A DNA stretch of 64,000 bases, taken from NCBI GenBank assembly GCA_964016885.1, contig OZ024743.1, positions 7,688,001-7,752,000 of the forward strand, read 5' to 3'. Below the pieces are notes generated by a model. It saw only the letters and a program-made list of their open reading frames with translations, ran no database searches and was not told where the DNA came from. The translations under genes and the position numbers were made by a program. Below, piece after piece: positions 36,001 to 49,950 of the stretch. Source of the stretch: Eledone cirrhosa (Eukaryota). Positions within the stretch are counted from its first letter, which is position 1, and each line of letters starts with the position of its first letter.

Positions 36001-39000
36001 TACCTCATCTAATGCGATAATGTATCTCATCTAATACTATAATCTACCTCATCTAATACTATAATCTACCCCATCTAATACTATAATCTATCTCATCTAA
36101 TACTATAATCTACCTCATCTAATACTATAATCTACCTCATCTAATACTATAATCTACCCCATCTGATACTATAATCTACCTCATCAAATACTATAATCTA
36201 CCTCATCTAATACTATAATCTACCCCATCTAATACTATAATCTACCTCATCTAATACTATAATCTACCTCATCTAATACTATAATCTACCCCATCTAATA
36301 CTATAATCTACTCTATCTAATACTATAATCTACCTGATCTAATACTATAATGTATCTCATCTAATACTATAATCTACCTCATCTAATACTATAATCTACC
36401 TCATCTAATACTATAATCTACCCCATCTAATACTATAATCTACCTCATCTAATACTATAATCTACCACATCTAATACTATAATCTACCTCATCTAATACT
36501 ATAATCTACCTCATCTAATGCGATAATGTATCTCATCTAATACTATAATCTACCTCATCTAATACTATAATCTACCCCATCTAATACTATAATCTATCTC
36601 ATCTAATACTATAATCTACCTCATCTAATACTATAATCTACCTCATCTAATACTATAATCTACCCCATCTGATACTATAATCTACCTCATCAAATACTAT
36701 AATCTACCTCATCTAATACTATAATCTACCCCATCTAATACTATAATCTACCTCATCTAATACTATAATCTACCTCATCTAATACTATAATCTACCCCAT
36801 CTAATACTATAATCTACTCTATCTAATACTATAATCTACCTGATCTAATACTATAATCTACCTCATCTAATACTATAATCTACCTCATCTAATACTATAA
36901 TCTACCCCATCTAATACTATAATCTATCTCATCTAATACTATAATCTACCCCATCTAATACTATAATCTATCTCATCTAATACTATAATCTACCCCATCT
37001 TATACTATAATCTAACACATCTAATACTATAATCTACCCCATCTAATACTATAATCTACCTCAACTAATACTATAATCTACCCCAACTAGTACTATAATC
37101 TACCCCATCTAATACTATAATATACCTCATCTAATACTATAATCTACCCCATCTAATACTATAATCTACCTCATCTAATACTATAATCTACCCCATCTAA
37201 TACTATAATCTACCTCATCTAATACTATAATCTACCTCATCTAATACTATAATCTACCCCATCTAATACTATAATCTACCTCATCTAATACTATAATCTA
37301 CCTCACTAATACTATAATCTACCTCATCTAATGCTATAATCTACTGCATCTAATACTATAATCTACCTCCTCTAATACTATAATCTACCTCATCTAATAC
37401 TATAATCTACCCCATCTAATACTATAATCTACCCCATCTAATACTATAATCTAACCCATCTAATACTATAATCTACCTCATCTAATACTATAATCTACTC
37501 CATCTAATACTATAATCTACCCCATCTAATACTATAATCTACCTCATCTAATACTATAATCTACCCCATCTAATACTATAATCTACCCCATCTAATACTA
37601 TAATCTACCCCATCTAATACTATAATCTACCTCATCTAATACTATAATCTACCTCATCTAATACTATAATCTACCCCATCTAATACTATAATCTACCTCA
37701 TCTAATACTATAATCTACCTCATCTAATACTATAATCTACCTCATCTAATACTATAATCTACCCCATCTAATACTATAATCTACCTCATCTAATACTATA
37801 ATCTACCTCATCTAATACTATAATCTACCTCATCTAATACTATAATCTACCTCACCCAATACTACGATTTACCTCATCTAATACTATAATCTACCTCATC
37901 TAATACTATAATCTACCCCATCTAATATTATAATCTACCTCATCTAATACTATAATCTACCTCATCTAATACTATAATCTACCTCATCTAATACTATAAT
38001 CTACCTCACCCAATACTACGATTTACCTCATCTAATACTATAATCTACCTCATCTAATACTATAATCTACCCCATCTAATACTATAATCTACCCCATCTA
38101 ATACTATAATCTACCCCATCTAATACTATAATCTACCTCATCTAATACTATAATCTACCTCATCTAATACTATAATCTACCTCACCCAATACTACGATTT
38201 ACCTCATCTAATACTATAATCTACCCCATCTAATACTATAATCTACCTCATCTAATACTATAATCTACCTCATCTAATACTATAATCTACCTCATCTAAT
38301 ACTATAATCTACCTCATCTAATACTATAATCTACCCCATCTAATACTATAATCTACCTCAACTAATACTATAATCCACCCCATCTAATACTATAATCTAC
38401 CCCATCTAATACTATAATCTACCCCATCTAATACTATAATCCACCTCATCTAATACTATAATCTACCTCATCTAATACTATAATCTACCTCATCTAATAC
38501 TATAATCTACCTCACCCAATACTACGATTTACCTCATCTAATACTATAATCTACCCCATCTAATACTATAATCTACCTCATCTAATACTATAATCTACCT
38601 CATCTAATACTATAATCTACCTCATCTAATACTATAATCTACCCCATCTAATACTATAATCTACCTCATCTAATACTATAATCTACCTCATCTAATACTA
38701 TAATCTACCTCATCTAATACTATAATCTACCCCATCTAATACTATAATCTACCTCATCTAATACTATAATCTACCCCATCTAATACTATAATCTACTTCA
38801 TCTAATACTATAATCTACCCCATCTAATACTATAATCTACCTCATCTAATACTATAATCTACCCCATCTAATACTATAATCTACCCCATCTAATACTATA
38901 ATCTACCCCATCTAATACTATAATCTACCTCATCTAATACTATAATCTACCTCATCTAATACTATAATCTACCCCATCTAATACTATAATCTACCTCATC

Positions 39001-40603
39001 TAATACTATAATCTACCCCATCTAATACTATAATCTACCTCATCTAATACTATAATCTACCTCATCTAATACTATAATCTACCCCATCTAATACTATAAT
39101 CTACCCCATCTAATACTATAATCTACCCCATCTAATACTATAATCTACCTCATCTAATACTATAATCTACCCCATCTAATACTATAATCTACCTCATCTA
39201 ATACTATAATCTACCTCATCTAATACTATAATCTACCCCATCTAATACTATAATCTACCTCATCTAATACTATAATCTACCCCATCTAATACTATAATCT
39301 ACCTCATCTAATACTATAATCTACCCCATCTAATACTATAATCTACCTCATCTAATACTATAATCTACCCCATCTAATACTATAATCTACCTCAACTAAT
39401 ACTATAATCTACCCCATCTAATACTATAATCTACCTCATCTAATACTATAATCTACCCCATCTAATACTATAATCTACCTCATCTAATACTATAATCTAC
39501 CCCATCTAATACTATAATCTACCTCATCTAATACTATAATCTACCCCATCTAATACTATAATCTACCCCATCTAATACTATAATCTACCTCATCTAATAC
39601 TATAATCTACCCCATCTAATACTATAATCTACCTCATCTAATACTATAATCTACCTCATCTAATACTATAATCTACCCCATCTAATACTATAATCTACCT
39701 CATCTAATACTATAATCTACCCCATCTAATACTATAATCTACCTCATCTAATACTATAATCTACCCCATCTAATACTATAATCTACCTCATCTAATACTA
39801 TAATCTACCTCATCTAATACTATAATCTACCCCATCTAATACTATAATCTACCTCATCTAATACTATAATCTACCCCATCTAATACTATAATCTACCTCA
39901 TCTAATACTATAATCTACCCCATCTAATACTATAATCTACCCCATCTAATACTATAATCTACCTCATCTAATACTATAATCTACCCCATCTAATACTATA
40001 ATCTACCTCATCTAATACTATAATCTACCCCATCTAATACTATAATCTACCTCATCTAATACTATAATCTACCTCATCTAATACTATAATCTACCCCATC
40101 TAATACTATAATCTACCTCATCTAATACTATAATCTACCCCATCTAATACTATAATCTACCCCATCTAATACTATAATCTACCTCATCTAATACTATAAT
40201 CTACCCCATCTAATACTATAATCTGCCTCATCTAATACTATAATCTACCCCATCTAATACTATAATCTACCTCATCTAATACTATAATCTACCCCATCTA
40301 ATACTATAATCTACCTCATCTAATACTATAATCTACCCCATCTAATACTATAATCTACCTCATCTAATACTATAATCTACCCCATCTAATACTATAATCT
40401 ACCTCATCTAATACTATAATCTACCCCATCTAATACTATAATCTACCCCATCTAATACTATAATCTACCCCATCTAATACTATAATCTACCTCATCTAAT
40501 ACTATAATCTACCCCATCTAATACTATAATCTACCCCATCTAATACTATAATCTACCCCATCTAATACTATAATCTACCTCATCTAATACTATAATCTAC
40601 CCA
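1..40603. repeat. 22-bp tandem satellite, consensus CTAATACTATAATCTACCTCAT, at least 40.6 kb (runs off the left edge of the window)
   Basis: Read directly: 22-nt period. Common variants are a 19-nt unit (CTAATATAATCTACCTCAT) and substitutions just after CTAC (CTC/CCC/CAC/TCC/GTC). The + strand is almost G-free. No ORFs in the track. Ends at ...tataatctaccca (40603). Confidence 0.98.
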
Positions 40604-41036
40604 GTTATAAACACCTGGAAAAATCCTTGTGAGACCAGCACTAAACTTTGGTATTGGGATCAGGACCAACCGCCGATCAGGATGTCACCGTGTGGTGCCA
40701 AAGATCCCGTCGTCCACATCTAGAATAAAGAGCAGATATTGCTATAGCCTGGGGTTCAAGCCCCTCAACTCTTCAACAAGCTGCCGAGGGATCTGAGAGA
40801 TCTTCATGATGTGGACGTGGATATTTTCAAGAAAAATGTCGACACCTTGCTATCCAGGATCCCGGATGAGCCCAGAGCAAGGTAACGAGGGAAACTTAAG
40901 GGCAGCAGCAACGAACTCCCTCTTGCACCAGTGGCCGTCCAATACAGGCTGGAGATAAAATGTGTAGCAACAAGGGCGGTGCCCCAGCATGGCCTCAGCC
41001 GGATGGCTGGAACAGGTAAAAGAGTAAAAAAGAGAG
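40598..41036 (+). mobile_element. Degraded 3' fragment of a CR1-group LINE (ORF2 C-terminus plus 3' UTR) abutting the satellite
   Basis: Manual translation with frameshifts gives YPVINTWK/ILVRPALNFGI...PQLFNKLPRDLRDLHDVDVDIFKKNVDTLLSRIPDEP...TNSLL. This parallels the C-terminus of the LINE ORF at 45843-47639 ([10 protein letters not shown]...GPALFN...[16 protein letters not shown]...SNSLL). The 3' UTR GGCGGTGC...CATGGCC resembles GGTGGTGC...CATGGCC of that element. Confidence 0.75.
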
Positions 41037-41209
41037 TCTCAATAGTGTACCACATTCCCAACAACTATTATCATTTCTGTTACTATCATTATCACTATTT
41101 GGTTACTATTGTTGGCATTAGTAATCTATAACGTTGCTTAAGTCACAATGAATCTATAATATAGTAAAATTAAATGGTTGTAATAAGAAAAGAAGGATAA
41201 AAACCCTCA

Positions 41210-41508
41210 CCATTTAAGAATGACCATTGGTTTTGCACTTAGAAAGTTCCCCTCAAAGCACAAATTCGGGCAAAGTGTTTTTGTGGAAGACCATCAGTCA
41301 CCCTTACATGCCAATTACCCCTCTCTACACCATCGATACAGCTTGGCACCAATGGTGGTGTTGCAATTCATTTCTACAGCTGTGTGAACTGGAGCAACGT
41401 GAAATAAAGTGTCTTACTCAAGGACACAACGTACCATCTGGCTCGGAAATCGAACTCACAATTTCCATATTTGGAACCCAACGCTCTACCGATACACCAC
41501 GCGCCTTC
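41210..41508 (-). mobile_element. tRNA-derived SINE, family B
   Basis: The minus strand has a tRNA-like head with a B-box-like GAGTTCGATTTC. Its central block CGTTGTGTCCTTGAGTAAGACACTTTATTTCACGTTGCTCC is shared with the + strand copy at 52003-52220. The left boundary is approximate. Confidence 0.7.
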
Positions 41509-41614
41509 ATAAGTGTTTCAAATTTCATGGTCTGAGTTTAATGTTCATTGAACTTTCTTTGTTGAGTATCATAATCAATATATATTTTATATATATAGAC
41601 TAAACCTAATTATA

Positions 41615-41616
<2 letters not shown>

Positions 41617-41661
<45 letters not shown>

Positions 41662-41710
41662 ACACACACACACACACACATATATATGTATATGTCGACA
41701 CACACACACA
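41617..41710. repeat. (CA)n/(TA)n microsatellite
   Basis: Read directly. Confidence 0.95.
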
Positions 41711-42469
41711 TATGTACATAAACACATATATTTATACATATTTGTACGGTTGTAGAGTCACTATAGCAATTAAAATACCCATAGATTGTTACATTCAGTT
41801 GTATATATATTTTTAATAATTTTGTAAAGACAATGGTATTATATGCGATAATAAAATTTTGTATAAAATATTTTCATATTACCTCGAAACCATACTATCT
41901 TGTATATTTTGAAGTTAACGAAAAGCCGAGTTATTAGTATCATTATAAACTTCAATTTTACAATTCTAGTAATATACTATTTTTCACCACACAAATATAT
42001 ATTGCAGCGATACATTAACATTAGGAAATATTAAATATTTTTGTTATATTGGAATAATATATATTTCCAAGGGATTTCATTATTCTCCACAACGGCCAAG
42101 TTTCCCTTACAAAACACCAACATATCTTCTCTTTAATAACAAAATATTTTGTGGCTATACAGGTTTTAATGAAATGTTGCCTCGTCTAAATATAATATTT
42201 TAAGTTGGAATACAGAAATATTTTTGTTATTTCTTATAACAAAGCTGTGTCCAAGAATTCACTTCTATTAAATTCCTTACCATCCTTCTTCCATATAATG
42301 ATAGGCTCGTATTTTAGTTTCGTTTGACCTTTAAAAATCTTAACTACTTTTAATATTATTCTTTCGCTTAGAACTTTATAAACATTATATTCTACAAGTG
42401 TAATCTGTTGGATTCGTGCACAGAAATCTATAACTAAGTTGGAGTTAATATTGAAGAAAAATACGAGAT

Positions 42470-42657
42470 AATTGTTTCTACTTTTGGCACAAGGCCAGCA
42501 ATTACTCCAGTGCATTACTGGTACTTTATTTTATCGACCCCGTAAGGATGAAAGGCAAAGTTAACCTCGGCGGGATTTGAACTCAGAACGTAAAGAGCCA
42601 TAACTCTATGCTGCAAAGCATGGTGTCTGACACTCTACCGATACTGCCAATCCACCG
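42470..42657 (-). mobile_element. tRNA-derived SINE, family A (short variant), with 17-bp target-site duplication
   Basis: Minus strand: A-box-like TGGCAGTATCGG, B-box GAGTTCAAATCC, central TTTCATCCTTACGGGGTCGATAAAATAAAGTACCAG, tail CCTTGTGCCAAAAGTAGAAAC. Flanked by GAAAAATACGAGATAAT (42456-42472) and GAAAAATATGAGATAAT (42660-42676). Five related copies are in the window. Confidence 0.88.
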
Positions 42658-42692
42658 ACGAAAAATATGAGATAATGATAGATTTTACTCAC

Positions 42693-42943
42693 CAAGTTCT
42701 AAAACAGGACCAAACACTGTTTCATCGCCGACTATGCTACAATTCCACCGGCGATTTCGGAACTGATATTGGCATTCCCTGATTCCTAACTGAGCTCCTC
42801 GACCAACGCTTGGCATATGGTCGTAATGTGTTTGACATATTTGAATTTGGCCAACAGACAAACCTTTGAGACCAATACACATCGGACGTGCTCCAAGCAT
42901 GTACATCTTCCGCCATACCTCTCCACTCTGTAATCCCAAGTTC
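42693..42943 (-). CDS. Wnt5: Internal coding exon (251 bp) of a Wnt ligand gene, Wnt5 subfamily
   Basis: Translation NLGLQSGEVWRKMYMLGARPMCIGLKGLSVGQIQICQTHYDHMPSVGRGAQLGIRECQYQFRNRRWNCSIVGDETVFGPVLELG contains the Wnt signature ECQYQFRNRRWNCS. It aligns without gaps to the Wnt5-type GAQPLC..GLS.GQ..LC....DHM...G.GA..GI.ECQYQFR.RRWNCS......VFG pattern (from recall). Acceptor ttttttag|G at 42944/42943 (phase 2); donor G|gtgagt at 42693/42692 (phase 1). No other exon was found in the window. Confidence 0.92.
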
Positions 42944-43446
42944 CTAAAAAAATGGATTAAACTATCGTTAGAAATATAAAAGATCCAAAAGGTTACTGTA
43001 ATTCGAAAGAAGTTGGAAATTAAAAGACAATAAGACTAGGGCTTATTATTGGAAAATTGCCGAAAATTTGAAGCAATATTTAATGAAAATAAAGATATTT
43101 CTAAAATAAAATAGATGAAGAATTTGAATAGGAATTAAGGGTAAATTTTGTTTCACTGATTAACGAGAAACAAAGACATTTCTCATTATTAAGGAAAGAA
43201 ACATCTTGTAAAACACAAAATAATCAATATATGGAGATGGCGAAGCTGTAGTAATTCTTCACATACAACATGTCAAGGGGCAGATAAAATGTTTAAACAG
43301 ATGTGTGTATATTTTTATATTTATTATTAGTTTGTGTACAAATTAAGCAGTTTAGGAGTTAATATTCTGATTATCTGATTTTAAGAATTTTGTGGCATGT
43401 ATGTTAAAAACTTCTAAAAAACGTACATTACAAATAGAGAATAAAT

Positions 43447-43624
43447 AATTGTTTCTACTTTTGGCACAAGGCCAGCAAATACCCAGTACATTACTGGTAC
43501 TTTATTTTATCGACCCCGTAAGGATGAAAGGCAAAGTTAACCTCGGCGGGATTCGAACTCAGTCTATAAAGGGTCGTAACTATGCTAGAAAGCATGGCGT
43601 TCAACCCTCTACCGATACTGCCAA
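43447..43624 (-). mobile_element. SINE family A copy (short variant, head slightly truncated)
   Basis: Close match to 42470-42657 (ggcacaaggccagcaa...tactggtactttattttatcgaccccgtaaggatgaaaggcaaagttaacctcggcggga...ctctaccgatactgccaa). Confidence 0.88.
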
Positions 43625-43932
43625 AATAAATACTATAACTTGATTATATCTTACAACATCCTGAATTTTTATTCAATCATGTTATTTATACATGGACATC
43701 AACAACAAACCTAATAGTATGAAGAAGTTATGAAAGGAAAAACATAGGACATCATAAATAGCTAAAGAATTAATAAAAATCATTCCGATAATAAAATGGT
43801 TGTCACTTTTGACGACAGGGTTACACTAGGATACACACGCACACACACACACATACACACGCACGAGTTACTGTTTTTGTAGTAAGCTTTCATCATTGGA
43901 TCCTGTTGAGAGTATTCAAACGAGCAACAGTC

Positions 43933-45056
<1,124 letters not shown>

Positions 45057-45142
45057 GTAGGAGGTGAGTTTTATTGTAGTACAATAAAGCAATGCAGATA
45101 TCGGATAAGAAGCACTCTACAGTTTGTGGGACTGGAGTATGC

Positions 45143-45472
45143 ATAATATAAGATCAAAAGATGGTTAAAGGAGTTCCATATATTTTATTATGCGCATTTC
45201 AAAAACAAACATCATCAAACAATAATATTTGTGTTTTCATCAGATAAAACAGGAGAACATGATATGAAGGCTAAAAAACACTTGTTGATAGTGCAGTTTT
45301 GGATATGTTGATTTAAAACTGCACTATCAACAAGTGTTTTTTAGCCTTCATATCATGTTCTCCTGTTTTATCTGATGAAAACACAAATATTATTGTTTGA
45401 TGATGTTTGTTTTTGAAATGCGCATAATAAAATATATGGAACTCCTTTAACCATCTTTTGATCTTATATTAT
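45143..45472. repeat. Perfect 158-bp inverted repeat with 14-nt spacer
   Basis: 45143-45300 is the exact reverse complement of 45315-45472 by manual comparison. The spacer is GGATATGTTGATTT. Confidence 0.95.
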
Positions 45473-45492
45473 ATATACATATATATATATAC

Positions 45493-45587
<95 letters not shown>

Positions 45588-45602
45588 CATATATATATAT
45601 AC

Positions 45603-45685
<83 letters not shown>

Positions 45686-45700
45686 CATATATATATATAC

Positions 45701-45747
<47 letters not shown>

Positions 45748-45762
45748 CATATATATATATAC

Positions 45763-45836
<74 letters not shown>
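45473..45836. repeat. C-interrupted (TA)n array, left flank of the LINE
   Basis: Read directly. Confidence 0.97.
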
Positions 45837-48062
<2,226 letters not shown>

Positions 48063-48653
48063 CGTTTGTGTCTGAATGTGTATAAGTATTGGTAGCTTCG
48101 ATAGCATTCTCAAAAATGAAACATCTATGATTTTAGGTTTTGTTCTTTATTCAAGATGAAATGCATTAAGTTTTTTCATCATTTAAAGTTTTCCTATCTG
48201 CTGCTATCTTGCCAAAGCTGTAGCAAGTTTTCTAACAGCTTCAGAATGTAGTTTTTCAAGTGTCAAACTCTGATTTCATGTTATCTTATCAATATTAGGC
48301 TTTGGAGTTTGATGGCAGCTGAGGGCCTTTATGTTTACTTTCTTTGGTCATTAAATGATTAGCTTCATTGTCGTTGTTTTTACAGTTACGCAGATTTATA
48401 AGTTCATAAAACAATTTCTCATCCATGATATGTAATCAGATTTAATTAAAACCTTATACAATAATTGACGTATGTATATTTAAAATAATGCTGTTAACTG
48501 TTTTTATAGTATGTGGGCCACCATAACGTAATAGTCGGGAGAAGGGGGTATTATACATAAATAGTGTGGGTGAGGTAAACCCACATAATAGAGGAAAATG
48601 TTTTTATGATATTTGTTTTCTAAATTGTTTCACAGCCTATATATGCACTCACT

Positions 48654-48716
<63 letters not shown>

Positions 48717-48869
48717 ATACACATAAAGAGTGTACATACACGTTATGAACATACATAGTAAGAACAGTAATGAAATGTAAGAAAGAATGTAAGGAAATGA
48801 TACACACACATCCATACGTGTATGTGCATGCATATATATGGTTCTACATGCCCACACACATACACACAT

Positions 48870-49212
48870 AGACACGCCCACACACACACTCATATATGTT
48901 ATATATAGACATGGTATATATATATAGATATGGTATATATTGTGTATATACACATATGATCACATTATATCTGAATATAAGACGATTTCTGTTTCTTGAA
49001 TAAAAATACACACATACACACGCCCACATACACACATATGTAATATATATAGACATGGTATATATATACATATATATATATATGGTATATATATATACAT
49101 TGTGTATCCGTGTGTGTGTATATATATATATGTATATATACACTTATATATACACACATATGATCACATTATATCTGTATATAAGATGCTTTCAGTTTCT
49201 TGAATAAAAATA
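48870..49212. repeat. Imperfect local tandem duplication mixing unique and microsatellite sequence
   Basis: ACACATATGATCACATTATATCTG...GTTTCTTGAATAAAAATA occurs at about 48950-49008 and 49154-49212. ACACGCCCACA and TATATAGACATGGTATATA also occur twice. Confidence 0.8.
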
Positions 49213-49752
49213 TGAAAATGTTTTAGTTGTACAAATTTTCGAATGTGGAAAACATCAACTACTTAGAACAGGTAGAAAGGAAAATTAAGAATAATCTGCG
49301 ATGATGAGAAGAGAAGGTTACAGACAGCTCCAACTAGAATATCAGCTTGAAAATGACATATGGGAAAATAAGTATAACCGTAAGTTTATAAAGATGTCTG
49401 TAGGGAGTTTAGGAAAATAAGAATTGAAGAATCTCACCAAAATACTTATCTCATGATATCTGCAAGTTAGTCGATGCCAAAGTTTAGTTCAGTGTTATAT
49501 GACATAAGCTGAACACTCACGATTCATTTATAGCAACTTCATAAAATACAGACTTATTGCAAAATAAATAAATGAATAAATAAATAAATAAATAGATAGC
49601 TAAATAGATAAATAAAACACGAAGGAATTGCAATATCAAACAGGAAAATTATGTTTAATTGATGTTAGGAAAATTAAATCTAGCACAATTTTCTATAAAA
49701 CGCTTTATTAAATAAAGATGAGGTTTATTAAATTCTCAGCTCATCGTAAAAA

Positions 49753-49950
49753 TGGTTTCTAATTTAGGCAAGGACGGACAATTTTGGGAGTAGAGGAATC
49801 TCGATTAAATCGACCCAACACTTTACCGGAACTTTACCTTTTCGACCCCAAATGATGAAAGACAAAGTTGACATCGGACGTAAAGGGCCGTAACTAAATT
49901 CCATAAATCTTTCTTTCCGACGCTCGAACGATTCTGACAATCCGCCGCCC
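49753..49950 (-). mobile_element. Older, diverged SINE family A copy (long variant, B-box region deleted)
   Basis: Collinear with 55421-55638 (tggtttct..taggca...cgatta.atcgaccc...gatgaaa.acaaagtt...gtaaagggcc.taact...caatcc.ccgccc). Confidence 0.7.

Noticed and set aside
1-40603. CRISPR array or telomeric repeat
   Set aside because: There are no unique spacers and no cas genes, and the context is eukaryotic. The 22-bp unit is not TTAGGG-type, the proximal end is the purest part, and Wnt5 exons should lie beyond it.
42685-42939. Standalone 84-aa ORF as given in the track
   Set aside because: The start and stop are artefacts of an internal exon. Splice sites define 42693-42943.
45355-45380. 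CTGATGA-AAAC as a hammerhead core within the palindrome (also CTGATGA near 51502 and 63394)
   Set aside because: No helix II followed by GAAA and no matching helix I/III pairing.
49290-49500. Possible very old RLE-type LINE relic (YRQLQLE..., VGSLG)
   Set aside because: Too few motif residues and too many disruptions to support by eye.
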